DNA of 63,746 nucleotides, filler included, from Choristocarpus tenellus KU-1152 (Eukaryota > Protista > Phaeophyceae): the NCBI GenBank assembly GCA_964200185.2. It is 10 parts of 10 records of this genome, joined end to end, with 100 filler letters (N's around TTAATTAATTAA, not from the genome) between each part and the next. Parts side by side here need not be neighbours in the genome. Positions count along the whole stretch, not along the records: positions 1 to 3,602 come from CAXNAD020019014.1; positions 3,703 to 10,977 come from CAXNAD020006424.1; positions 11,078 to 25,497 come from CAXNAD020001196.1; 7 more parts are not named here. The stretch is one strand, 5' to 3'. Position numbers and translations under genes: made by a program. Every line of letters begins with the position of its first letter. Within the stretch, counting starts at the first letter, position 1. The notes below the pieces were generated by a model. It was given only the letters and a program-made list of their open reading frames with translations, was not told where the DNA came from and searched no databases. Positions 1 to 11,447 of this stretch are shown in pieces.

Positions 1-353
1 ATCCCTGTGTATCACCAGTATCAACCTCAGCAAAGGAGTCCTTTCGTACTCTAGCCTTTGCTATGGGCGTCAAGAATGTCTGGAATCGCCCTACCACAGC
101 TCCAGTACCACTAGGGTCGGAAAGCGACAAGCAACTGATCCTTGGGCTCCGCCGGGAGGTGAGAGCAAACTTGTACTTCCCTAGGAGTGAAGCGACAGGC
201 AGATTTAAAAACACATAAAACAAAACAAAATGTTTGCAGTAAATCCAAGGCAGCATTTCAACAAACCAACCGGTATAGCAGCTTACCTCGTCTTTTTCTC
301 AATTTCTTCTCACACACAACCCTGGCAGACACAATCCTTGATACGCATTTCAT
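1..353 (-). CDS. Possible 5' end of an unknown gene: exon 353-287 (MKCVSRIVSARVVCEKKLRKRR), intron 286-181, exon 180-1 (GKYKFALTSRR...)
   Basis: GTAAG donor, pyrimidine-rich CTAG acceptor, compatible phase, open to the window edge; no recognised homology. Confidence 0.3.
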
Positions 354-425
354 AAATCATTCCTGAGGGCTTACAGACACCTTTTCATGCCAATGGGTCT
401 CGAAACCCCAACTGCATTGCTCCCT

Positions 426-426
426 A

Positions 427-458
<32 letters not shown>

Positions 459-466
459 TCTCTCTC
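426..466 (+). repeat. (CT)n microsatellite
   Basis: Direct reading. Confidence 0.9.
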
Positions 467-1280
467 TGCCATTCTTTATATCTCTCTCAGTGGTCTGGTT
501 GTCCATCCCATTCAATCAATTTCCAAAATAATGGTGCTTTTTCCAACCTACAACGGGCGGTTCTGTACATAAGAAGTTTCTACTGGCCATTCCACTACAT
601 AAATATATGCATTAAAATAGGAAGTGGGATGGTAGGCGAGTTTTGAAGTTTGCCATTTAGTCCAAACACATTGATTATCCCACATGTTAAGCAGGAAATG
701 CGTTGCCAGGGTGCTTTGCACTCTGTAGTGCCTCAAAAGAATCTTCAGCAATATAAAGGTTTCACCTCTCTCTGGAAACTAGTAGGGACATGAGGGAGTT
801 GTGTAGACAGAGCACAAAGTGTAGCGCTACAATGAGATGGAGGCAGCCCAAGTAGGGGACCAGATCTCTACAAACTCGAAAATGTGGAGGAATATCTTCA
901 AAAGCAACTCCTGCCCCTGGTTCTCATTTTCGTTTGATTGTATACTCTCATTTCGAGATATCAATCATCCTCTCTTTTAACTCTTCCCTCACATCCAATA
1001 GCTTGATACCTTCTCCTCCCCCCCCCTCCCATCCACCATCCCCCAACACTACATGGTAATACTCTGGGCGGGGGTTAGGATGAAGCTGGTAGATCACCCA
1101 TTTCCTCTACATTTTCCGTTTTTCCCAATGACACACCCTACTCCCTCACAAAAAAACATGAGCCTATGACTGTAGCCTGCCCTCACGAAAAAACTGTGTC
1201 CCTGATCAAGTAGCAATGGCCTGAGCTTGAGGCACTCAACAAAACAACGGTGTGCTGTTGAGAATGACAAATTGTGAAAA

Positions 1281-1463
1281 GACCCAAAGTATCTGGGGGA
1301 GAGGGGGGGGGTCTACATCAGGGTGTCGATTTGGGTCGTGACCAGGAATAGATCACTTACATTATCCATCAAGCATATGCAGCCAAATCACACAAAACTC
1401 GCGACATGATCAAATTGACCCCAAATGGACAATCACCACCACCCCACGCAGATACTTTGAGCC
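1281..1463 (+). mobile_element. MITE family A, full copy with 4-bp TSD AAAA
   Basis: Termini GACCCAAAGTATCT...AGATACTTTGAGCC; AAAA on both flanks; homologous to the other A copies. Confidence 0.85.
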
Positions 1464-1934
1464 AAAAGGCTGATTTAACACTGGCAATGATGCTCAGGAT
1501 CTTCTGAGAGGTGCTTGCACACCCTCGGATAAGTTTGATGACTCACCCAATGTACAAAAAGCAACCGTTCAAAAAAACGCTTTGTTCCCCTCACTTGCAT
1601 ATGGAGGAACATTCTAAGAAAATATGAAGGAAAAACGTGTTTATCTTCTACCTCTGATCTGAGAATTTGATCATTCCTGAGAGTCTCGACCTTTTCATTT
1701 CTAACATCCCTATGCCAAGCTCATAAGATTCATACGTTTCGCTCCACTTAAAACGTTTCTGTGGTATCTTCTATACTTCAGAGGAGTTGCAGTAGTGCTG
1801 GTTTAAGGGGGGCAACCTGTAGGAGGCAAGGTGCTACAACTACGGCATATATACTGCCAATGTTACTGGTGCTGGGTGGTTGCGTGGTGTTATGTAACAA
1901 GAGTTTGGGAGTTGTGTAACTGAAGTATCATATC

Positions 1935-1938
<4 letters not shown>

Positions 1939-1982
<44 letters not shown>
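1939..1982 (+). repeat. (AT)n microsatellite
   Basis: Direct reading. Confidence 0.95.
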
Positions 1983-1986
<4 letters not shown>

Positions 1987-3439
1987 TTGTCCATACTAAC
2001 CATACAACATGACATTCACGTCTGTGCTGATACTACTCCAAGTGTGAACTGAGTAGTGGTGGTAGATACTACATCTTACTAGATCCTTCTTCTTAACATA
2101 GTCTACATGAGATAAACTAATGCAGGAACATTCAGTGGACAATTCCATAACATCTGTAAGGTTGCTACTCCCTTCATCCCACACCCCTGCAGGTACTGCG
2201 TCTACGCAAGGAGAACCTTGCCCTCCGTTCTTCTATACCAAAACCTCCTGAGTCACCAACCACTTGTTCGCTAGAGGTACAGCCCAACCATCACAAAACC
2301 TTTGCATCGTTCACCCAAGCGACTGGTAGCAAAGTCATAGAGAGCCTCCAGGAGGCCTTAGGCAGCTGGAAGAGTGAAGATGGAGATGGCCATGAGGCCA
2401 TGGATTGTGGGCGACCTACAAGACAAGAGCAGGGAGGAGGGGAGTGGAAAAGAGGTGGGGGGAGGGAGCAGAGCGCAGGGTGGGAAGCCTCGGGCATTTG
2501 TCCCAAGGAAAGCACATCATCAGAGCAGCAAGAGCAATTCAGGGAACAAACTCTAAACCTTCCGGTTGGGGGTTGCATCCAACCAGTCACAGAGTCTGTT
2601 TCGACTACCTGTTCCACGAACAATGTAGGAGGCAACAGTAGTAGAGACACAACCAACACAATTGGAGAGGAAAGTATGGGAAGTGGAGAGGCTTCAGTGT
2701 TACAGGAGCTACGTGAAGTCATTCGAGAGGCGACAAAGAGTGGATGTGGAGACCCCTCACCAACCAAACAGTGTCATCAGCGATCCTCTTCCCAGGTCTT
2801 GCAATCACCTCAAAACTTGCTACCGTCTCCACCAACACGCACTCCTCCAAACCCCCTTCAACACGGCATTGATTCACAAGCAACGATATCGAGCACAAGT
2901 CGGAGGTCAGAAGGAAAATGCTGTCATGGGGTTAAGCATCAAAGTAGCACTGGTCACGGTGCCAACCATGCAAGCGGCAGCTGTGGTGCTGGTCAGGGTG
3001 ATTGTTGTAGAGAGGTGGCAGGGGTGAAACTTCCGTTGGGACTTCGCGGTGGAGACACCCTTGACACTCCGGAGCATTCAAGGGTCGGGCCCAGTGCACA
3101 GAAACATCAGGTGGGCAAAGTGATAGGTGATTGTTAGCGGTTCTTCCTGGTGCCCTTTCTCACATACAAGGTGTTTTTTTTTTTCCCCTGAGATTCGTCT
3201 ATAAAAACGTTTGCTTGACATTTTTTCATTGGACTACTCCGTAGTACTACATCACTCTACTAGTAGTACTTTGGTATACACTACGGTAGTCAACCTTTCC
3301 AAAATAATAAAGTGCTTCAACAGATAGGAAATGCTTTGGTTACAAAACATTGAGTACAAATGTGATCAAAAATAGTACAATGCTTTTTTTTGTAGACCCT
3401 GTCCACACTTCGAAGGCACAGAAGAGTAAAGGTAAACGA

Positions 3440-3580
3440 GAGGTACCCAGGTTTTTGGGCGTTTTTCATTTTAAGTCAGTTTTTCAATATTTTGCAATTC
3501 ACCCATATTTCTATGGATGAAGTGCCAAGTTTGACTTGAGAGCGTTGTTTTGTCAATTGTTTGAATGATTTCGACATCAT
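3440..3580 (+). repeat. Dispersed repeat C; an inverted copy lies at ~51910-52200 and is interrupted by MITE A
   Basis: Reverse complement aligns with 51910-52011 plus 52164-52200. Confidence 0.7.
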
Positions 3581-3581
3581 T

Positions 3582-3602
3582 GACCCAAAGTATCTGGGGG
3601 GG
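3582..3602 (+). mobile_element. MITE family A terminus at a contig end; other partial copies at 3703-3724, 25417-25497, 45300-45336, 48251-48324, 52340-52368, 63724-63746
   Basis: G(A/G)C(C/T)CAAAGTATCT followed by a G run, truncated by the assembly break. Confidence 0.8.
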
Positions 3603-3702
3603 NNNNNNNNNNNNNNNNNNNNNNNNNNNNNNNNNNNNNNNNNNNNTTAATTAATTAANNNNNNNNNNNNNNNNNNNNNNNNNNNNNNNNNNNNNNNNNN
3701 NN
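3603..3702. other. Artificial contig-joining linker (N44-TTAATTAATTAA-N44); also at 10978-11077, 25498-25597, 37543-37642, 41876-41975, 45337-45436, 48325-48424, 52214-52313, 60961-61060
   Basis: Nine 100-bp N-padded spacers with the same six-frame stop core TTAATTAATTAA. Confidence 0.97.
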
Positions 3703-4159
3703 CCCTCCCCAGATACTTTGACCCTTCCCTCCCCTTGCCTCTTCTCCCCAACGCTCAGTAAGGAAGCAGGGAGCTGGTGTGAGGAGGTCACACAGCTTAA
3801 AGGCCTTATCGAGGCAAAGAATGTTTTCTACACGAAAAAAGTTCAAACAATGCTGTGCGAGGTATGTTTCCTGCCCCACACATCCTTTGTCCTCCCCCCG
3901 TTTTAGAAACGTATAGGAATGTGATTCCTGCACCTTACTTACACGAAGTTCTCATTCAATCCCTTCGCCATGATGCTACCCATCACCGAATTAACCACCT
4001 CCTTGTGCCCACCACATAGCCAGGTGTGATCAGCACATAGAGTTTTGAGGTACCAGTTGGAGCATAATTCAGTTTCAGCCCAGAAGGAAATTGTCCAGAA
4101 CACATGATCTTCTATCAAAAGAAAGGGAGGGAGAATGAGGTTGGGATTTGATATGTTAG

Positions 4160-4333
4160 GACCCAAAGTATCTGGGAGGGGGGTGATGTCTAAATCAGGG
4201 TGTCCATTTGGACCAAAACCAGCAAAAGTGAATTTATATTATCCGACATATGCAACCAAATTACATAAAAATCGCGACATGAAAAAATTCGCCTCAAATG
4301 GACAGTCGCCACCCCCCCCAGATACTTTAATCC
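4160..4333 (+). mobile_element. MITE family A, full copy
   Basis: Both TIRs plus inverted GTCCATTTG/CAAATGGAC boxes. Confidence 0.85.
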
Positions 4334-5096
4334 TTGCAAGCACGCGCTACAATACATACTGAAGGGGGGAGATGTTTTCTTTGCGACAAGTTGTGGAGGG
4401 ATGCCTACGTTCTTACCATGCAATACAGTTGACGGGGTGTTTTACGTTCTCTAGTGTAATAATTTCGCCCCGTTGTTGCGAGTATTGGAGTGTGGAAATT
4501 TGGTGATTGTGGGTGTATGGGATCTATCATCCATGGAAATGCCAGGTGTGCAGTATTCAGCCTTCTTGCAAAATGCAACTCGAGTAGAATGGACCCCAAA
4601 GAACAAAACCGCGGAATCACTTCTTATGCGCAGCCTCAGCAATAACCCAGGTAGGGTGCATACTGCACAATGCACCCTAGATCAAACCGTAGAGGTTCCA
4701 CAAATTGTAATGAAATGCTACCTAGAAAAAGGGTCGTTGGGAAGTGACCAGATGCACTCAGTATAGACTTAGGGTTCCCTGTATTAATAGTTGCGGTTAG
4801 AAAGAATACCTAGCCGCATGTTGTCCGCCCCCTGCTCACTTTTCCTAGAGGGTTTGGATAAGGCAGAACAGTTGCACCTTGTATTTCATAGTGTGTTCCT
4901 ATCCACCTACATGGGCAAGCTTGTATACTCGTCAATATTTCGCACAAATGCACATATTAAACACTTAAAGGCACACTTACCACAAGCACACATACACAAA
5001 ACTCAAGTCAAAAACACACACCCATACACAGTTCAGATTCTCACTCATTCACACATTTACACAGCTTCCAAGCTGGGGCTGAGTACGCCCTGGCAA

Positions 5097-6175
5097 TCGT
5101 CGATGATGCAACTCGCTTCACCTGGATACGACTACTCCAGAAGAAGAGCCATGCAGTCAAGGCTCTTGGGCGATGGTTTAAGACTGAGGTACTTCCAGTG
5201 GGCGGCGCATTCAATATATTCGACATGACCCAGGGGGTGAGTGGCAGAGCGAGGAATTCCAGGAATTGTTTATGGAAATGGGTGCGGTACAGGAAATGAC
5301 TAGGACAGGGGAACCCCAGTATAATGGTGTGGTCGAAGGTCGCATCGCCCAAGTGGATAGTAGTGCCAGGGTCAGCAATTATTCCGCGGGATTGGAGAAC
5401 AAAGTATGGTTGTGGGGAGAGGCATACAAACATTCAGCTTACATCCTCAACAGAAGTGCAACTGTTGCTAATAAGGGGACTTCCCCCTATCGAGCTTTGT
5501 ATGGGGAAATCGGATCCCTAGTGAGTGTCCCAGCATTTGGAACCCCTGGATAGTACAAGTCTAGTCCTGGACAAAAGCCTGGGAGTCGTGGGCAACAGTG
5601 CATCATCATTGGTATATCCGACAACCAAGCCCGTGGCACTTTCCGTGTCCTAGACTTCACTACAAATAGTGTAATTCAGCGAGCAAACATACGTTGGCAC
5701 CCCACCAAGGATGGCAGAGTCCGTTTTACAATCTCTGATTTAGACCGGGATCATGAAGATTTGGATGACACTCCAGGGTACATCCTTCCTCCCCATACAC
5801 GCTGAAGGACTTGATGAAGATTTGGATGACACTCCCGGGTAAATCCTCCCTCCACATGCATGAAGACGGACTGAAGAAATCCTGGAGGTGGGGGGTGAAT
5901 GTGATGATGATGGAATCACCTGGATTGTAGGTGGACTAGGTGATGGTGATGAATCTGATGACACCTAGGATAGTGGTCAGCTTGTGGAGGAGACTGAGGA
6001 CAGCATTGATGGTGATGACGATGGAGTGGACGAGGCTAAGGACAGCCAATGTAAAGGGGAACTACGATGGCTCAGCATTGGAAATGGTGAAGACAACATC
6101 CTTCCCCACCACACCAGATCAGGCAATCATTCCACTTCCGCCAAAGCTGCTGTATTGAACATGTCCAATTTTTAA
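5097..6175 (+). mobile_element. Ty1/Copia retrotransposon relic: integrase core, SH3-like region and acidic linker
   Basis: DDATRFTWIRLLQKKS, PQYNGVVEGRI, LWGEAYKHSAYILNRSAT, SPYRALYG, VPAFGTPG, QQCIIIG; stops and frameshifts; 60-bp internal tandem duplication at 5755-5870. Confidence 0.85.
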
Positions 6176-6268
6176 GCTTCAAAACGTACATTGAGCAAAG
6201 AGAGATGAGGTAACAACTATTGTTTTTTCTATGAACAGTCTACTTGCCTTGTTTTTTCCATTCTACAG

Positions 6269-6604
6269 AACAAGAATATCAAGACAAATTTGGCTGCGAC
6301 AAGGGCGCAGTACTCTGCACTCCTTGCTGAGAACCACAGGCTTGCTGCTAACAGGAGTGCTATGGGGAGACTGATAGGAAGGGTGCGCGAAGAAGTGGTG
6401 GGGTCGAGAAACGAACTTCGCTTGTCCCAGGACCACGTCCTGAAGTTGACGACAAGGATCAGGGCCCTGGAGGAGGACGTTGAGAAAGTAAACGTTCGAG
6501 CGGTGACTGGGCCAATGGACGGCAAGGCTGTGGCGGCAACGTTGGACAGTTTTCATGACCCTGAGAAGATGTTCGGGCCACCAGCAACCCTGGATATGCG
6601 ATAG
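6269..6604 (+). CDS. Probable terminal exon of an unknown coiled-coil protein (NKNIKTNLAATRAQYSALLAEN...PPATLDMR*)
   Basis: Strong acceptor TTTTTTCCATTCTACAG at 6268; 111-codon open frame with heptad-like pattern. Confidence 0.5.
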   Translation, partial: NKNIKTNLAATRAQYSALLAENHRLAANRSAMGRLIGRVREEVVGSRNELRLSQDHVLKLTTRIRALEEDVEKVNVRAVTGPMDGKAVAATLDSFHDPEKMFGPPATLDMR

Positions 6605-6988
6605 AGGCGAGGAACGCATTACAAACCCCCTGGCGTCCCCATCCCCTCCCTCACCACAACTACCTTTATATTCGCCCCCAATTCTCTATGACCCACCCTG
6701 TATCAGGAGTACTGTAGGAATATTGATAGCTTTGACTCGTCAATGACCTTTGTCTGGGGTTCCTTTCCTTGTCATCTCTGCATTGACTGCATTGAGAATC
6801 CTTCCTGCTCTTAGTTGCCACTGAATGTCTGAGCACTTCCTCTCCTCCTTGCATCACTTCTGACTAATGATCCTTCTTCATGGAGAGGCTCGAACTCCTG
6901 CACTCACGATTTGATTGCTTTTTTGAGTTGAACCTCTATATTTGTGGTTTCTACAATCTAAAGATTTGTAGCGCATGCGTAAGACACG

Positions 6989-7231
6989 TGACATCAACAA
7001 ATTGGCAAATACTACCATATTTGTGTAGAAACATTGAAGATTATAATGCAAAAATAAATGTAATGTGGAGAAACGATTCACCGTATCGTATCATGACACC
7101 ATAGCGTAGAATACTGTTTGTAGAATAATTGTGTTAACAAATATTTGTCCATGTGTAACAACAATGGTCACATTCGTACACAAGGAGCGCAGATCTGAGA
7201 AATGGAGTAAACATGTCATTCCCCCCTCTCT
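6989..7231 (-). mobile_element. LTR (6989-7218) preceded by a polypurine tract (7219-7231)
   Basis: Minus strand reads AGAGAGGGGGGAA then TGACAT...ATGTCA inverted termini 230 bp apart. Confidence 0.55.
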
Positions 7232-8126
7232 AGGATACTGCTGCAGGTGGTGTCGAGTGCGCTCTCCCTCTTCAATACAAGCGAAGAATCTTTTGGAATA
7301 GATGAAGGGGAACACCAACTGCTCCGCAGTGCATTCCGGTGAGAGGTGGTGATGGATTAATGAGTATAGGGTATGGCATGTATGAGTTGGTGTTAATCAA
7401 CCACGACTTGACATGAGCTGAATTCAGGATGGAGAGAGGACCAAATAGTATTTTATCAGCAAAACAACTTGCCCTGATGCTATCAAGAGTAATATCAAGG
7501 CTGTCTTTTTAGGAGCATTGTTTGAGTGGTATCGTGTTGGTGTTGAGATTGAATCTTCTATCATTCATGTTGAGCCTGTAGAGTGCATTTTCTTTTGCAA
7601 CACCCCCCACCCCTCAATCTTCTCATTTTTCATATGACATGACTCCTGAATGCATTGTGCACATCACCAGGAACCACCCACCCTATCCCCCTCCTTGCCT
7701 CAGTGCACCCACGACCTACCCCAGGCCCCCACCAACCTCTTCCATCTTGGACAGCCCTCAGCCTTGCTTGCAGCTGATGCACCAAATGCGCAATCCTTGC
7801 TCTGATCAAATGTCCTTGTTTCCAGTGGCGCATGCCAAGTTCTAGGGCCGTCCTGTCCACGAAGACACTCGCTATGATGGGTATGGGAGAATTTGAGGGT
7901 GTGAAATGTGGTAGAGGCAGTGGTGTGGGCCAAGGTGGAAGAAGAGTGGTAAGCTTTGATAGTGTCTGCATCAGTAGGGAATCTATTCTAGCAAAGACAG
8001 GTATGCTTCCACCCAGGTGCTCAATAGGTAGTGCCTTAAGTGGTGGCAATTGAATTGTTATGATACACAATATTACTTCATAAGAGAAGAAAAACAACAC
8101 TGGAACTCTACGAGTTAGGTCTTACT

Positions 8127-8368
8127 GAGTGAAAGTATCTTAGCGGGTACAAGGTTTGCCCGGTTTGACTTCTCAGGATTTTTCTGACGACATTTTCCTA
8201 CTCGAAAATGTTTCGGAGTAGGTAAAATGTATACGTTATGAAAATGTTTTTCCGGAACAAGGATATTGACACTTCCTAGCAAACACGATATCCAAAATGC
8301 ATCAAAATCGCAACATTGGATTTTGTTCTCCAATGGACGCGGCTCTACCCTGTAAGATACTTTGACTC
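8127..8368 (-). mobile_element. MITE family B, full copy
   Basis: Termini GAGTGAAAGTATCTTA...TAAGATACTTTGACTC; homologous to the other B copies. Confidence 0.85.
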
Positions 8369-9930
8369 AGTGAATCTTTTCTCAAGGATATGTGCACTGT
8401 CCGGTGTGCTCAGAGCACCCTGTGGCACTTGTTGCCTCATGTCCCTAGCTTTGATTCCAATTGAGAATGTGCAACGTCTTTGAGTCGATATGATTTATAC
8501 TCTCACCAATTTTTCAATTCATAACACTATATCAATAGGCCTCATTGACAGCAGAGGACAGAAGGCTGGTGTTTCGGAAGGTGCCATACACAAGAGTAGT
8601 GCTATGGGCTTCGTTTCTGCAAACATTTCAGATTATATCCACGACCTTGTGAGTAGATAAGGCTAGGTTTATTGTTGTTGTGGTAGGGTGTGATGGGGTG
8701 AAGGACACAAATATTGGGGGAGTGACGGCGGGGAATAGGGATTATGGGGAATAGAGGAGTTGGTCAATATGACAAACTAACAACTTCTTATGAAGCTTAT
8801 CGTTTGTCAATGTAAACCCTCAACTTATACCCCTCTCTCTCCCTCGAAACCCATGGGTACAAGGATAGATATTGAACCACAATAATCACCAAATTTGATC
8901 GCAGTGTCTTCTTTGATTGTTTCCATTTGGATCGTTTGGCGCCTCCTTTGAGAGAATTGAGTGTGTGGGGTGAAGATTACCTCATCAAGGCAATGTGTTT
9001 ATGGTTAACTTAGTGTTGACATGTGTGGGCCTTGGATATTAACTTAAAAGTGCAAAATAGTGGTCTTGCCACAAGCCATATTCTGAACCTAACCCTGTGG
9101 TTTGGTTGCTCCTTACATTGAACCTCTAGGCCCCAATTCTCAGTTTATGACTAGAGAAATTGCTCCTGACTCATGGGGTTGTTTTGAGAAGGGTTAGGTG
9201 ATGGGTGGCAGTCGGATTATCAAAATGTACAGGAGTGAAATCCCTCTGTTGCGCAATATCACTGAAGGAGTTGATGGCAGGATAAAGTGACCTCATGCTT
9301 GGAAAGCGATTATATCCGTAATTGAATAAGAGGGTAGACCAAACTTTGCTATGTTACTCACCCAAACCTTCTTACTAAGGCAGCAGCGCGGGAAATCAAT
9401 AGTTCTTGTTACACCAATTTTGGACTATTGACTGCTACCCAAGACCTATCTAGTGTTGCTGAGGTTCAAATCAGGATCTCCCTGAATACTTATGCCCTGT
9501 CAAAAGCGTGATAGTTTTTGGTCGTAAAATAAATCTCCTAATCTTAGTCATAAAACAAACTTGGAGTTGGCATACTTCACAAGTAGGAATTATTTTACTG
9601 CTATAAGGATATCCCATGTGCCATATTGAGCCAATAGGGCTAGTTCGCCACGAAATACCCCCTCCCCCCCTCAACTATAGTGCTATTATGGTAGGAAAAC
9701 TCTTTATCCTTGTTGTTATTGTTACGGCATTGGTATTCTCATAAGGAAGTACATTTCCATGATTTAATAGATGTGGTGCCATGTACCAGGTTGGTTTGCT
9801 GAGATATACTGAAAGCTGAGATTGTCAACCCGATTTCATTCTGTGGGGTTATCATCTGATTCGGTGTGGTTCTCGCTTGGCGAGCCCAGATGTTTTGCGG
9901 CACAGACTTATGACACAGAGGTAGTATTTA

Positions 9931-10192
9931 GAGCTAAAGTCCCTTAGAGGGTAGGGCCTCGTCCACTTGGGGACCAAAATGCAATGCTACCATTTTGATG
10001 TAGTTTTGGCTATTCTATATGTTAGGAAGTGCCAATATCCTTGTTACGGACACAACGTTTCATAACGTATACATTTCAACTACTTCGAAACATTTTGGAG
10101 CAGGAAAATGTCACCAAAAAAAAACACATGGGAAGCCCAGCCCCAAATGGACAAACAGGGCAAAACTTGTACTCTCTATGATACTTTCAATC
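9931..10192 (+). mobile_element. MITE family B, diverged full copy
   Basis: Aligns end to end with 43594-43855. Confidence 0.8.
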
Positions 10193-11447
10193 ATAACTAG
10201 AATGTCCTCAGTGCCCTATCCCAAATATCTCCTTGGATCACTCATTGAACTATTCTCCTGTGTGCCTTGTCTGTGCAGGCGGCAGTTTGTGTAGAGGGGT
10301 GCTTATCTGAGCTAGGGGTTGGGACAAAGGCAGGTGGAGGTCTCCCTGAAGGGGTCAAGGGTGCTGAGCTCTTGTTCTACATATGGAGGGCCATGCAGAG
10401 AAACCTTTAAGTGGGAGAAAGGCAGGAAATACTGCTCTTCGGAAGTGAGATGGGTAGCTGAGAGGCCCAAGAGGCTTAGGTCGGGGTGTGAGGGTGCCTA
10501 ACACGTGGAGAACTTTGGAACAGGTGTGGATAGTGGTGGGGGGAGGATGGTGTGGTATCTCGTGCTCTGAGGGAATTATACTATAATAGTGGAGGCTCAC
10601 ACTCCTGGGAAAGGGCGTGCGGTGAAATTTGAGGTCACATCCCCTCGCCTATGCGTGAGCAATCTATTGAATAAGTCTATTACTCCATCCTTGCATGCTG
10701 TGGCAGATATGTACCCAATCATTTTTGAATCACCGTGTAGTTTCGAGGAGCATATTCTTTCAACCCCAGTACCTCCCTAATCAAATTTCGTTTTTCTGAC
10801 TCCATCTTCCAATCCGTTGATCTAACCATCGCTCTTTGATGCTCTTTATCTTATTGTCCTCTTTACTGCTCTCATTGGCCCACAGTCCAAATTGCTATGG
10901 GGTTAAATGTTAAAGTATCCCCAAAATCATCAAAGAGGATAAAGGTGATAAACCCGGCGAGATTGCTTGGTGTCTGTNNNNNNNNNNNNNNNNNNNNNNN
11001 NNNNNNNNNNNNNNNNNNNNNTTAATTAATTAANNNNNNNNNNNNNNNNNNNNNNNNNNNNNNNNNNNNNNNNNNNNTTTGATGTGGGTGGGAAGACAGT
11101 ACTCTGGGTGGGATGTATGGGGGGGGGGCTCTGCATGGTGATGATGGTTCAGAAGAGGATGAGGACATTTCAGAGGCAGAAGATGATGAGGACATGGGGT
11201 TGGAGCAAGAAGAACAAGATGAGGACCTGGGGGGTGGCTTAAGGCATTCGGACTTTTTTGGAGATGATGGGTAAGGTTTTTTGGAGATGATGGGTAAGGT
11301 TTTTTGGAGATGATGGGTAAGGTCCCATTTGCGTGTTTGTGACTTTGTGACTTGGTGACATGCATTGTGGTTGTGCTTTTTCTTACTTACGTATTAATGT
11401 ATATATTAATGTATACATTAATGTATGTAAATACATTTTTGACACAG

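Noticed and set aside
2291-3137. 245-aa and 158-aa overlapping ORFs as genes
   Set aside because: Low-complexity, no recognisable motif, and open in several frames; probably decayed repeat sequence.
3603-3702. Recurrent TTAATTAATTAA palindrome as a biological motif
   Set aside because: Always centred in 100-bp N blocks; it is an assembly linker.
3720-4120. Minus-strand exon or Sola-type transposase fragment (…CGGHKEVVNSVMGSIM…)
   Set aside because: Splice-like sites and a faint GH..D/N motif exist, but the similarity is too weak to call by eye.
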